Positions 12,019 to 24,039 are shown, counted from the stretch's first letter. The stretch is 64,000 bases of DNA from Nitrospirales bacterium (GCA_965203295.1 CBDBCZ010000013.1:832001-896000); one strand, 5' to 3'. Notes: generated from the letters alone by a model not told the origin. Numbers and translations are program-made.

Positions 12019-13724
12019 GGCTTGTCTTCTTTGGGAAGCACCAGCTGACTGACTAGGCCTGGAGGAACTGCCATCGGCTGATGTTGTGCCTGAGGATTGA
12101 GAGAAAAGAATTCGTCCAAGTTGTTACGGGATATGCCATCTGCTGCCCTGTTCTCTACCCCCGGAATGTGAGCGGCTGACAAAGTCAAGTCAAAGTACGC
12201 TTCGATGAAAAACAGACAGCGTAGCATATGGGCCATTGGTGGGTCTTTACAATAGCCCCCTCTCACTACTGAGACTACCGCCTGGTTATCACAATGACAC
12301 AGTACTACCGAGCTTCTCCATTCGGGACCCCAGATAGCTGCCGCTATCACCAGTGGTAATAGCTCCTTTGAGGAAATCGTAGCATCCTGAAAACCTGGCC
12401 ACTCCCTCCACTCCACCTGGAACCACTTATCCATCCAGAGAGCCCCACACCCCCAGGCTCCTGATGCGTCCGACCAGAGCTCAATTGATGGATGTTGCAG
12501 AGCTACTTCTCTCAACAACGACACCCCATTCCACCTGCTAGCAAACTCGTGCCACCACTCCATGTCTGCCCGGAATTCTCTATTTAAGCGGATAGGGTGG
12601 TCTTTTCTCCCAAACTGGGACAGTAGCCCGAAGATCCCCCTTAAAAATCGCCTTCCCGGGCGGATTACCTTGCAAGCATGATTAAGATGACCAGCTAGCA
12701 CTTGCAGATCCCGTTTCTTACACATTTTTCTGCATCTCCACTGCTTCACTATCTCCTGTAGTTTCTCCAGTTTCTGTCTCGGCAAACGTAGTTCCATGTT
12801 TGTCGAATCGATCTCAATGCCGAGTAGGTTTATCTGAGTAGCTGGGCCCTCTGTCTTCTGGGGGGCAACGCAGAAACCTACTTCCTCACACACTTGCAAG
12901 GAAGTGTCGAGGCTAATCTGACATGTTGGAGACTGAGGGGGGCATACCAGCGAAAAATCATCCAGGTAGTGATCGAGCCCTTGTACTCCCTTGTTTCTGA
13001 TGATAAAGGCCAAGCCGTCTGCGAGTGCACTGAATAGGACTGGTGCTGAGCGCAAGCCAAATGGCAGCGTTGTGTCAACATACAGCTCTTCCCCTAGCAC
13101 CATCCCTAACAGCCAGCGGTCGTCCGGGTGCACCGGTACTTGTCTATACGCGGATTTTAGGTCGAACTTGGCCATTAGGGCCCCTCTGCCATTCTTCTGA
13201 ACTCTCGCAGCAATATCATCTACTGTGGTGTATGACAGGGAGCACAGCTCCTTCGCTATGCCATCGTTAACACTATCTCCCCTTGGAGATGACAGATCCA
13301 GGATGAGGCGCCATTTCCCTGGCTCGGACTTTGGGATCACCCCAAAGGGGCTCACTTGAACGTGAGGGAACGCCCCAGGCTTGAAGGGGCCTAATACTCT
13401 TCCCGCTTCCCTTTCCTCCCCTAGATACCGCTCAACCACCTCTCGGTGCTGGCTAACCGACTGCATGTTACCTTTCGCCGGTTTGCAAGAGGATGTACTA
13501 TAGTTAAACCCGATTCTAAAGCCATTCCGTATTCCTGTGCATATGAACCTGGCGAAGTCCCGGTCTGGGTGCGACTCCAAGGCCTTCTCCCAGACATCTG
13601 GCTTCAATGGGGAGATGATTTGACTCCAGTCCCCTTTGTGGTGCTGTGCTGTCATCGGTCTACAGGAGTCCAAGGCCCGAAGAGCTTCCGTCATTGACTG
13701 AGATGCTGGGTCCTGACTGGACAT
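11964..13724 (-). CDS. Reverse transcriptase + RNase H (DIRS/Ngaro type)
   Basis: KWRLILDLS, DLKSAYRQVP, LPFGLRSAP, YLDD; RNase H residues WSDASG, KELL, CDN, NRAADGISR. Confidence 0.95.
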   Translation of the reverse strand: MSSQDPASQSMTEALRALDSCRPMTAQHHKGDWSQIISPLKPDVWEKALESHPDRDFARFICTGIRNGFRIGFNYSTSSCKPAKGNMQSVSQHREVVERYLGEEREAGRVLGPFKPGAFPHVQVSPFGVIPKSEPGKWRLILDLSSPRGDSVNDGIAKELCSLSYTTVDDIAARVQKNGRGALMAKFDLKSAYRQVPVHPDDRWLLGMVLGEELYVDTTLPFGLRSAPVLFSALADGLAFIIRNKGVQGLDHYLDDFSLVCPPQSPTCQISLDTSLQVCEEVGFCVAPQKTEGPATQINLLGIEIDSTNMELRLPRQKLEKLQEIVKQWRCRKMCKKRDLQVLAGHLNHACKVIRPGRRFLRGIFGLLSQFGRKDHPIRLNREFRADMEWWHEFASRWNGVSLLREVALQHPSIELWSDASGAWGCGALWMDKWFQVEWREWPGFQDATISSKELLPLVIAAAIWGPEWRSSVVLCHCDNQAVVSVVRGGYCKDPPMAHMLRCLFFIEAYFDLTLSAAHIPGVENRAADGISRNNLDEFFSLNPQAQHQPMAVPPGLVSQLVLPKEDKPWTSNDWRDWLESWLTAP

Positions 13725-14181
13725 CCGTGCAGTCCCTAAAGCAATAAGTATAAGACTGACAAGAATGCCGAAGCTAAGACATTCAGGTCAATGACCGAAG
13801 TTGGCAAAGACTGCACTGGTGTCCCTGGAATACCAAAGTCACACTTGCCAATCGGCCAGTGGAGAGGACAAGCACAGTCTCAGCCAACCTGTGGGTCTTA
13901 GCTATATGTCCTGAGAGCTACGCTAGAGCCTCAAGCTATGACTATGTGATCGATTCTGGGGGTGGCTCCCCTTACTGACTTACGCATCCCTTCTGCTCAT
14001 GTTGCCCCCCCCTCCCCATCCTGGGCAGCTCCCAGTTGACTACTTCTCACCACCCGGCACATGCAGCACTGTCAATAAGTCGATAACAATACAACACCAC
14101 AGCGGTTCCAGGTTACTACTATCTAACGCTATTGCAACACCGATTGCAATGTTCCGGTTCTATGAGATGCCAGCCACCACC

Positions 14182-15051
14182 CTATTTCCTTTCGGGGCCA
14201 GGGCAAAACCGCTTTGGGTGGCTGTACCCGCAATCCAGGCACTTGTGCGGGAATTTGCAGTGTTGGCGGGTGCACCCCGACTCATTGTAATCCCAGCACA
14301 CCCATTTCGGGCGGCCACTAGCTGATTGCTTGCCCCCGAATTCCACCTTCCTGGTCTTCTGAGGTAGCTGCTGCACATTTCTCTGCTTTGGGCGGGAGCT
14401 ACAATGCTCTTGATAGAGGTGGACGTCCGTTTTGGTCCAATCCCTCACCCCCGTCGATGCCATTTTATCTCTGAAGGCATGGTCGTACTCCCTCCAGCCC
14501 GGGAATTCCGCCTCGTTGTGAGCCTTTAGTACGGTTAGCATGTGGCTCATGAATCCCGGGGTACACTCTGGGAAGTGTTGGGCTATAGCTGCTGTATAGC
14601 GGCCAAAACACTGCACCCAGGTAATGATATTGTCAATTGGCTTTCTGCGCGGCTGGGCAAGTTCGAAACCCGGGAGGGCTACCAGGGTCTGCGTTTCCCC
14701 CTCCTGGATTGTCTGGGGTGAGGATCTCAGACGAAAGTCCTGCATATCCATAAACTCCCATTTTACCATTCTCTCATGGATCCTCTTGGGGAGGGAGCCT
14801 AAACCGTCTCCTAGCCATACCCGCGGCGCCTTGGAGGAAGAAGCGAGGCTACTCTGGGAGGAGAGTAGGGAGATCAGGGTTGACGCCTGTTGGGCTATTG
14901 TCACCGAGTCCTTCTCTAGCTCGACCTTCCCTTCCGGACTTGTGCTGTTTACTGTTCCCTTGCCCCCGCCTACTCCCTTGGCCTTTTCGGTGTTCCCAAA
15001 CGTTGGCACGCCTTCCAAGGCATTCCTGTCTGGTACTATCCCCATCGCCAC
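14182..15051 (-). CDS. Ngaro gag-like ORF (possibly exon 2 of a spliced gag)
   Basis: WREYDHAFR motif and C-terminal Cys/His cluster CWDYN..GC...CKFPHKC..C...H....C; located upstream of RT. Confidence 0.85.
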   Translation of the reverse strand: MAMGIVPDRNALEGVPTFGNTEKAKGVGGGKGTVNSTSPEGKVELEKDSVTIAQQASTLISLLSSQSSLASSSKAPRVWLGDGLGSLPKRIHERMVKWEFMDMQDFRLRSSPQTIQEGETQTLVALPGFELAQPRRKPIDNIITWVQCFGRYTAAIAQHFPECTPGFMSHMLTVLKAHNEAEFPGWREYDHAFRDKMASTGVRDWTKTDVHLYQEHCSSRPKQRNVQQLPQKTRKVEFGGKQSASGRPKWVCWDYNESGCTRQHCKFPHKCLDCGYSHPKRFCPGPERK

Positions 15052-15299
15052 TGTAGGGGAGACACCAGTGACTCAATAACCCCATCTCGCTAGCACTCCT
15101 CCGAAGGGAGGGGGGTCCCTTTGTTGTGCCCGCTGGCTTGACCCTTTTGTGATACTCTCCACAACTTGTTGTGTCTCCCCACCCTAGGATGGGCCCGTAT
15201 CTCCACCTGGGCTCCCACTATTGCCACGACATGCCTGCATGCCTCCCTCTACCCCGCATAACCTGCAGGAGTAACCTTGCTTCCCCTGACCCCCCCTGC

Positions 15300-15892
15300 A
15301 TCAGCATTACCTGCTGAGCGAACCTCGGTTAGTCTGGCATTACCTGCCACTTTGACATTATCTACCTCTGCTTGCTCAGCGTATGCAGATTCAGCATTCC
15401 CTGCTGGACCACTCCCAGCCTCACTTGCCGGGTCAACCTTGGTATTACCTGCTGGACCGGCCCCTGTGACCGCCACGTTACCTGCTAAACCAACCCCAAT
15501 GGGGACTAGCACTGCGGATTCAGCATCGCCTCCTGGCCCCTCTCCGGACTCAGCATTACCTGCTGGGTCGACCCCCATGGACGCAGCACAACCTGCCTCA
15601 GCATTACCTGCTGGACCCACCCCTGAGGGTTCCGCATTACCTGCTGGACCCACCCCCGAGGGTTCAGCATTACCTGCTGGACCCCCCCCCCTGCGGCTTC
15701 AGCATTACCTGCTGGACCCACCCCTGAGGATTCAGCGTTACCTGCTGGACCCGCCTTTGGACTCGGCCTTGTCTGCTGGATCACCCCTGAAGATGCGGCA
15801 TTACCTGCCTGACCCGCCCGTGGGCTCAGCTGGCCAGCCCCCGTGGCTACTCCACAATACCTGTCACCTATGAACTCGACATTACCTGCTGG
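15300..15892. repeat. Degenerate ~33-bp tandem array with core gcattacctgctggacc inside the Ngaro element
   Basis: Core recurs at 15601, 15634, 15667, 15702 and elsewhere; reads GPAGNAE on the minus strand. Confidence 0.85.
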
Positions 15893-16103
15893 GCCAGCCC
15901 TATATGGAGTGGCCGCGCGCGATGCCCCAGCCCTTTCCTCACACTAACGCTAATCGCCTTCCGCCTGGAGGAACCAGCAGCACGTGACTGGTGGAGCCAC
16001 GGTGCACGTGCCTAGGCGCCTTATTTAGACGATTGCGTCATCACATCCACTCTATACCCGAGTACTCTGCTGAGCCATCCCTTGTGGGCTCAGCGTTACC
16101 TAC

Positions 16104-16290
16104 CTGGGCCAACCCCTGTACACTCCCCACTACCGCACCTACACTGACCTTCCTTCACGAGTTCACTCGAGGGCCTCGGTTGCTGGTTCGCCAGCTGCTC
16201 GTGCACTTTCTGCAGGACTCGCTCTAGCAGGCGGGCTTCCAGCCTCTCCTCCATCTCCGCTACTTGCTCGTCGCCGCTCATTTCCACCAA
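16104..16290 (-). CDS. Putative first coding exon of Ngaro gag (helical/coiled-coil N-terminus)
   Basis: ATG ~50 bp after A1, MVEMSGDEQVAEMEERLEARLLERVLQKV; phase-1 donors after 16149 (G|GTCAGT) and 16104 (G|GTAGGT) match the phase-1 acceptor at 15051. Confidence 0.5.
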
Positions 16291-16340
16291 AACTTGTCAA
16301 AAGTAGAGCGCTTGAGCAACAGTGCGATCAAAGCTTGGCA

Positions 16341-16509
16341 AAAGTAAACTTCTTGACATACAGTACGTGCAGCTGTGCTCTGAGTGTCACGAGGCAACCT
16401 AGCCCGCCTTGCTCAGTGCGCATGCGCCTAGCCCATGCATGCCCCACCCCCAATTTACTAGGAACTGCACATTCCTGTTAACTTAGTTTAACCTCCGTTT
16501 AAACTGCAT
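16341..16509 (-). repeat. Ngaro 5' terminal repeat A1
   Basis: Appears identical to 10382-10550. Confidence 0.93.
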
Positions 16510-17542
16510 CAGACAGGTTTTATCAAAACAATCACCTATTATTCTCGCTTTTATGCATGCACCTATTATTCCTAAAGAAATTCTGGAATAATGTGCGTGT
16601 CCCTACTGAAAGGTGGAACTGCAAAGCCATCCCGGCACTCTCCACAGAGCAAACCTTCTCTATTAAATGGACCACACACTCGATCATTGAGACTTGATGA
16701 TTCAGTAGAAAGTGGATAGTACAATTTATATGAGCCGTCTCTATAGGCTTGTTCACAATACCCAGCTCTCAGCTCTCCAGTTTTATTGTCATACGTCATG
16801 TAGTACACGATCAGTATTGAGGCGTTCAGTGAGTCTTCATCGCAAGTGATTATTTTACCAGGCCAGTCTGCACAAACACAGCTGTTTCCTTATCACTTGT
16901 GAGACAAGGAGGACAATAAAGGGTGGCTGTGACTGACAACACAGCAATAGCTACTGTTACAATAACTATGAGTATTCTCTTACTATACACTGTAGCCATG
17001 TACCGATAGTATAGCTATCAGCTACAGTGCACACAACTGCAAAATACTGTATAAGATTACAGCCAGTGCAAGAATTCAGAATTGTACTATAATTGTAGGT
17101 AATGATTAATTTAGCATAGCTAGCTATACTTTTACTGATATAAGTAACACTTGCATCGTGTAACTGTATGATTGACCCCAATCAATAATTTCTTTTATGA
17201 AACATCTGCTTGACATAGTGTATTTTTGTTCTAAATGTAGTCATTGCTTCTATGCTATCTATTCAAAAATCTTAGCACTAAATATTTTTATAGATTATGT
17301 ATTGGGAAAGGTGCCCACATGCAAGAAATCATGGGATAGAATGAAAGATTATTGTGTTTCTGCAGGCTTAGCTTAGCTTAGCTGTCCCAGCTGGGACGAG
17401 GCTAATCATTATCTAAAGCTAAAGCTCTGAGTTACGGTGCCACAATTAACCTTTGACCTTCACTTAATTGCTCGCGGCCCGCCCACTTTTGCCTGTGTAT
17501 AAACCGAAGTCCGTGAGTCCACAGTAGCTATCTCGATTATCT

Positions 17543-18427
17543 ATGCATCTTAGCAAAGAGGAGGCTGTTTACTTTGTTACTGAAGTCCTTCGGATCAGTT
17601 CCCCACTGAGAAAGCTAGGAGAAGATCGCATGCTGTTCCTGAATGAACTCATCAAAGCCTTCCACTGTGCAGTCCCCTTCCAGAACATCACCCTTCTCTG
17701 TCAGTCAGAGGCAGACAGACATGTTCCTACTTGGGAGGAAAGTAAGGCAGCTGTAATGAGTGGCCGTGGAGGGCTCTGCTACACAGTAGGTGTCTTTATG
17801 ATGTGCCTACTGGAGGCCTTAGGGTACGAGACATATTTGCCTGCCAGTGGCATTTTCTTTCCCAACAACCATATTACTACCATTGTGCAACACCTGACCT
17901 ACCCTGGAAGTAAACACCTCGTAGATACGCTAAGTGGTTATCCAACTTTTGAGGCAATTCCTCTTGATTTTGAGAAGGAATCCTCCATTTACAATCACTC
18001 CTTCTTAGAGTACAAGTTTGTCAGAGAGGGTAACACCATTCTTCGATTCCATCGGAAAGGTGAAAACCGCCCCACCATTCCTGGTCGTGAGTATGTCTTA
18101 GATGGGTGGAGAAGAGTTTGCGAGATAGACTTGGTGCCTAGAGAACTTTCCTACTTTGACCAGCCAATGACTGACGTGTACACAAAACCTGGAGTGAATT
18201 CTCCTTTCCTTGTGAGCTTCCGTGCAGTTGTGTACAGAGAACTGAGGCTGGTAGCCATCAAGGACACCACCCTGATGCTTGAAAATGAAAACCATGAAGT
18301 GGAGGTTACAAAACTGTCGAGCCATGATGAAATGATTAGGACCACATTGAAATACTTCCCACAGTTCACTGTTGAAGAAGCGACAAAGGCTATGCATAGT
18401 CTACACTTGCTTGAACCTCACTCCTGA
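17543..18427 (+). CDS. Arylamine N-acetyltransferase family protein (intronless, 294 aa)
   Basis: PFQNI, GRGGLCY (catalytic Cys), NNHITTIV (His), HLVD (Asp): the NAT Cys-His-Asp triad. Confidence 0.88.
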   Translation: MHLSKEEAVYFVTEVLRISSPLRKLGEDRMLFLNELIKAFHCAVPFQNITLLCQSEADRHVPTWEESKAAVMSGRGGLCYTVGVFMMCLLEALGYETYLPASGIFFPNNHITTIVQHLTYPGSKHLVDTLSGYPTFEAIPLDFEKESSIYNHSFLEYKFVREGNTILRFHRKGENRPTIPGREYVLDGWRRVCEIDLVPRELSYFDQPMTDVYTKPGVNSPFLVSFRAVVYRELRLVAIKDTTLMLENENHEVEVTKLSSHDEMIRTTLKYFPQFTVEEATKAMHSLHLLEPHS

Positions 18428-19154
18428 ATGTGCCGTTTAGTACACTTGACGAGTATACGGACTCCATACTTGTATTAGCACGCTGAAATTGTATTCTTAG
18501 TGCATCATTGGTGTTTGGACTGTTGTAAAGGGAAGTGCTAATTATTGCAAAGTGAGCTTTAACCATACCATATCTTTATTCCCACAATGAGGGTGGAATT
18601 ATGTTGGGTTACCTCAGTTGCGTTTGCAGTCTATGCCATGATCTATATAGCACCCACTGCCACTTAGAGTGTTAAAGTTAAAGATACATATAGCTATACA
18701 ATAATATTATCCTCGATTGTGCAATGAATATTTCAGAAGTGCAATCCAATGATAATGACATGAATAGTGTTGAGTCCCACTCCTTTTGTTTCTATAGCAC
18801 ATGCATAGTAATTTGTCATGAATATTTCACACTGGTCTCTGCCCAGACACCAATGCCAACAACAAATGAATTTTTTGACTGACTGCCACGGATTTTTAGC
18901 TGCAGTATTACAGAGGAAGCTGCTTGTAGAACTAATATACAACTGAAGCTACTCATTTTTTTGATTTTATGTTAGCTACATTATTACTAGTACTGATAGT
19001 GCTATATAGTCACTATAGGTTAAGCATGGTAATAGGAACGTTCTCACTGACACATAACAAATCAAAGCTCCAGAAATTTAATGAAACCATATCACATTGA
19101 AAAGCCTTTAGTGTGCGGTGCCACACCTATCACAAATTAACTAATATGTGTATA

Positions 19155-19989
19155 CAGTGGAACCTCCCATAACGGACCCTCCCACCAGCGGACAACCTCT
19201 CTATAAAGGACACCGGCCGTGGCACCGATTGAAATTACTATAGTGCTAATGTATAAGAAACCTCCCACGAGCGGACGCTTCTTGATTCCGGACAGCGGAC
19301 AAACTGCATGCTCCCGACTGCAGAAGTCCGTTGAAAATTACCTCTTATAACGGACAAATTGGAAGCCACACCCATCGTTCGTGCAGAAACACGTATAAAG
19401 ACCGGAAGTTACTCTCGTACTTGTAGTCTAGACTGCAGAATCACTCAATTTATCCCGCCTGAAAACTGACTCACAGCGATAGTCGAGATACTGAGCGCGT
19501 AGGTTCTCAGCAGCTCTTGCTGTATAACATACCAATCCAGACGCCCACGCAAGTTGGGCAAAAACGGGCATAAACGGAATATGACACAGATATACAGCTG
19601 GAGCACGTGATCTGTGACGACACGTGAAAACTATTTCGAGTCCATATCCATAAGCTGTTTGCAAGTTGTAGAGATGCTTCCACAGTTCAATTCACTCTGG
19701 ACAGCTATTTTGAACATTACTGACATTGTGGCACTTGTATTTGTTATACCACTCAATGTTAATATCGTCCGATAACTCTTTCAACAGCATATTTTGTACA
19801 GTCATGTATGCCTGGTAGATACTTACAGTAGATGACATGGTTTATGCTTGAATACATGTCTGGTAGGCATTTGAGTGCTTAATGTGGCTAGAAATAGCAA
19901 ATTGAGTCGAACCTCCCACCAGAGGACAACCTCCGAATAAAGGACAAAAGCCTTGCTCCCAAAGTGTCCTTTATTCGGAGGTTCCACTG
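19155..19989. mobile_element. Tc1/mariner (pogo-like) non-autonomous element
   Basis: TIR cagtggaacctcc/ggaggttccactg with TA TSD; empty single-TA site at ~41489 in the duplicate. Confidence 0.88.
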
Positions 19990-20908
19990 TACCTCCCAAT
20001 AGTATCCACAATAGAGGTGTACCTGCCAGTTTATTTGAATGAAAATCATCATCATTATGCTAGCCTGGCAAAAGGAACACATAAAAATTGGCTGGGTATA
20101 CCAAGTTCTAAAAAGCAAAATTTATTTAGGACGTTGTCATGGAACTTTGCATATACCTGTTGTTCATTGCCTGGCACATGCACTTACAGTCAGCTATAGT
20201 CATACTATACTACTTCTACTATCACCCAAGGCTAAATTCAATACATACAGTACTAAAACTGTATGCCATACGCATATACGTACTTCTTTGAGACACGCAA
20301 GTTAAGTGTCAGGCATCCTGTTCGCCGGCTAGAATGAGTTGTTGTTTTTTTCCTCACGGTTATGGTAAAAAGAAATATTACTCTTTTACTACCATGGCAA
20401 TCGTTTATATTAATAATGTGATCCTGTAACACCTCAACTTTCCTGGCACTTTGCAGTGCACTAAAGTCCAACTTAGGATGATCATCCTTTTTATCTCTGG
20501 TAGGCCTCACAATAATATAGGTATTCAAAAGCATTAGAGAAATATAAATTATGTTGGAATAATAGCCATAAATATTTAGGCCTCTGAGATTAAATAGGCT
20601 ATATAATAATTTGTTGCTTATAGTTACTAACTTATACATGGGCTGTAGTATGTAAATTAATTCTAGTTCAGCCAACCTCTACAACTGCTCGAGTGAGTGT
20701 TCTCTGTCTTGCAAAACTCATTTACCAATCAGCACTATTTGTCTCTAGAAGATTAAATTATTATAATTATTGGTTATGTTACAATACAATTGATGTTGAG
20801 AACGTTTTATTGTGTATTGTGAAATTGAATAATACAAGTTTAAAATCGTAAAAGGTATAAGTCCAATAATATGTGAAAATAAAAGCATATTTAGCATACA
20901 TTCGTAAT

Positions 20909-23900
20909 TTAGGCAACTACAACCTGCAGCTGCTTATTAACACGTGCAGCACAATCTTGAAGCTCTAGAGCCTCAGCACTGACTAGAGAATCATCGCTAA
21001 TGACTATCAGCTCTTTTAGTGTTTCGTTTATACTGAGCATCTTGGCAAATGCTTTTACACCATCAGACTCGATTCCAAGTGAGGGATGCTTAATTTTTAG
21101 GACATTCAGTTCAGTATTCTGATGCAGTGCTCGAGCAATAGCTTCTGACACTCTGTGGCCCACAGCGCACCAAAGAAGTTCAAGAGCTTTTAGGTTTCTA
21201 TTTGTCTCTAGGAGTCCGAGAACATCATCAGAGCAGCTGGTCAAAACGGTGTCACGAATTTCCAAACGCTCAAGTGAGGATGGTTCCAGCACTGCTCTCA
21301 TCAGTGCCTGTGTACAGTCTGTGTTCATTTCATCGTCACCAACTACGAGAACTCTGAGAGTGCTTGTTGGTCGTATTAGGCTGGATAAGGCTGCAATATC
21401 AGTACTGCCAATTGGGCTACTAGCTATACAAAGTAGTCGCAAAGTACTGAGTTTGGATAAGGATTGCATGAGTTTTACAGCACCACCTTTTCCAATAGGA
21501 TTAACACATATATCTAGCTCTGTCAAACTGCACATACTTGGAATTAGACAGGCCAGTTGGTCACAAGCAGCTTGATCGAGACCACAGTTATATAGTTTCA
21601 GTATGGATAATCCCCGAAGAGTGTTGCAAGGTAATTTTGCCAAGATTTCAATACCTTCCTGACTGATTTGTTGCTTTCCTATCTTTAGTGCTTTGATGTG
21701 GCCTTGCACATGACCTGCTCCCTGACTTGCATGAAGACCACTCACAAGCATATCAAGTGAATCACAACCAACACCTGCAGTTATGAGGTCTATTATCCAA
21801 GTACAGTTGCTGTTGGAAATGCAGTAGCTCAAAGCAACACAGTCAAATGGAGAAGCTGTCTCAGGAAGAAAACCAATCATTTCGTTGCTGATGCAGACGT
21901 TGCTGCAGACGTCAAAATCTTGAGATTCGTATAAGCACTGAACTGCTTGTGGCTTGAGACAGTATTCTGCTTGCAGCCAAGTTGGTGACTCTTCCACATT
22001 TTTTTCTTTGAGTAATTTGCAGCCAATGCTACTGTACTTTGTAAGCCCACCTACAAATCTCCAGACCACTTGAAAGTGTGGATCTCCACAGTACTTTTCA
22101 AATAGATGCTTTTGTTCGATTGGAGAGAGGCATGAAATGTGAAACGCTGCAAGAAACTCTTGCACTGTAAGGTGCAAAAAACTGAACGATATTTCTGGAC
22201 CCTCTTGAACATGTAGACATGAAGCTTTTGTCATGAATCCCAAGTGGTCAAAAGATTGAGGAAGGCTGTTCCATGACAGCTGTTGGATGCAAATTCCCAT
22301 GAACGCGATTTTACAAACTTCACGGAATTGTCGGAATACGTCTTCGGGAAGGTCGTGGAACTGAGCTGGCATGCAGTAGGTCTCTGGGACAAAACCCCCT
22401 TCAACAATGTGCCTTCTAAGTAAAGCATGGCTGAGAGCATCATACAGTTGAGTCATAGTTTTTGGGAGAGGCGTTCTTTCACCTTGATACTGTTGATATA
22501 TTTCCACTACAATGGCACTGTTGAGTGGTATATACATCATACTATACACAAGTGGATTACTGGAGATATATTTCATGAACTCTATCAACTGCACTGGGTC
22601 TTTGAAAATGCTCTGAGCATATTCTTTAATGTTTTGTTCTGTAAAACCTAGAATTTCAACATGTTTATTGATTTGAGGTTTACATCTTAAGAGAAGTTCT
22701 GCCGTCACAGAAGGACGGCTAGTTATGAGAATGGTGGCACGAGGAAGATAACGACCATTAATCATATCCACAAATAGTGAGCCCATTTCTCTCTGTTTAG
22801 CTGGTAATTCATCAAATCCATCAAATATGAACAATACACCTTCTCCATTTGATTCCTCAATATCACTTGAGACTGCCTCTTTGAGAGAGGCATTGCGATG
22901 GAAGAGCAAGTCAGAAAGACTACTTGCTTGCTGGCTTTTCTTTTCACGAAGCTGAACCAATATTACAAGAGAATATTTCCTCAGCATAGGAAGTGAGTCC
23001 CAGTTTCTACAAAGCTCCCATGCAAATGTAGTCTTACCCACCCCAGGAGCACCCTCAATTAATATACAATTAGATTCACTTTCAGTGTCAGAAGTAAACA
23101 GTTGAGTGATTGAAATTGATTTCTTAGATTTCAATATTCGGTCGACATTGCCGTGCAGCCTTGCTGTAGTAAGTTCATAGGCCTGTGAGAGTGATGTTTC
23201 ATCTCTATTGATAAGAGCAAGGTTAATATACTTTTTGCTTGGTGTAGGTGGCCATTTCTGGTAGAGTGGAAGTGGTCTTGATTTATATAGTGATTTCAAA
23301 TAAGCAGCATATTTGGCAATGTTTAGTGTAGCAAACTGTTGGCTATTTACGATGGCTTCCTGTGCTGAAGAGCTAGAGTCTGCTGAAAATGAAAGAGCAC
23401 AATCCATTAACTCAGCAGTTACAGAGATTCGCTTGCGTTTTGTTTTGTCAGGACAGCTGCAGCAATTTTTCCCTATAAGTTATAAATACAGAAAATTAAT
23501 ACACACGTGATTGTAAACACATACATTTACACGTGCATCACAGAATCTGTTAGAAAACACATTCATTGCAGTGGTAATTAGTATATAACAGTAGTTATAT
23601 TCAACTTACTGTAAGTGGCCTCGATTCTGTTTGCTAACCAATGTAATGATTTCTCCTTCTTTAAAATGGTCATAAACAATGGGAAACATTCTGGATTAGT
23701 ACCAAGATTTCCTTTGAAGTGACAGAGTAGTTTTCTTGCTTTCTGAACACGAGAAACTCCACTTACTGTAATGACCTCGTCTAAAGCTTCATATGATATT
23801 AGATTCTCTGAAAATAGTTCAGCTGCAAGCCACTCTGGGTCTTTAATGACTTGAGCGAGTTCACTGAAGTGCTTACGGTAAGCCTGCACTCCTGCTGGAT

Positions 23901-23922
23901 GATGCAGTTTCTCTGAACTCAT
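20909..23922 (-). CDS. NLR immune receptor copy 1: CARD/death-fold (exon 23922-23610) + NACHT-LRR (exon 23472-20909), ~958 aa
   Basis: Walker A GAPGVGKTT, Walker B LFIFDGFDE, ITSRP, FLHLTVQEFLAA, RI-like LRRs. A GTAAGT..TAG phase-1 intron at 23609-23473 joins the two ORFs in frame. Confidence 0.92.
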
Positions 23923-24039
23923 TCCTGCATAACGAATAATTATGGAGTGATATTAGCTCAGCTATACCTATGCGCATTAACCCTAGCTCCGCTGCGCAGC
24001 GAGTGGCTAGCCGCATAAAAAATATTTGATTGTATCACC

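Larger units (their letters stand above)
9972..16509 (-). mobile_element. Full-length Ngaro-type (DIRS order) tyrosine-recombinase retrotransposon with split direct repeats
   Basis: Minus-strand order A1-gag-RT/RNaseH-YR-B1-A2-spacer-B2; no methyltransferase ORF seen. Confidence 0.93.
9641..16605. mobile_element. Non-autonomous hAT-like DNA element (~430 bp of own sequence) carrying a nested Ngaro retrotransposon
   Basis: 20-bp TIRs tagggacaggcacattattc / gaataatgtgcgtgtcccta (19/20). 8-bp TSD ctgaaagg at 9633-9640 and 16606-16613. Empty site with a single ctgaaagg at 38929-38936. Subterminal attattc repeats. Confidence 0.9.
8223..16999 (-). pseudogene. Cys-rich multi-TM gene, paralog 1 (TM1), interrupted by the 7-kb hAT/Ngaro insertion and by frameshifts/stops
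   Basis: ORF fragments 8223-8924, 8921-9439, 9464-9655 and 16572-16808 align to consecutive parts of the intact paralog at 52601-54415; ATG equivalent at 16999. Confidence 0.9.

Noticed and set aside
11038..13724. RT next to a phage-integrase-like gene read as a retron, DGR or prophage
   Set aside because: RT-RNase H + YR + gag with A/B split direct repeats is the established Ngaro architecture
15300..15892. CRISPR-like array (conserved core with variable spacers)
   Set aside because: Units are degenerate tandem repeats with related spacers, lie inside a eukaryotic retrotransposon, and no cas genes are present
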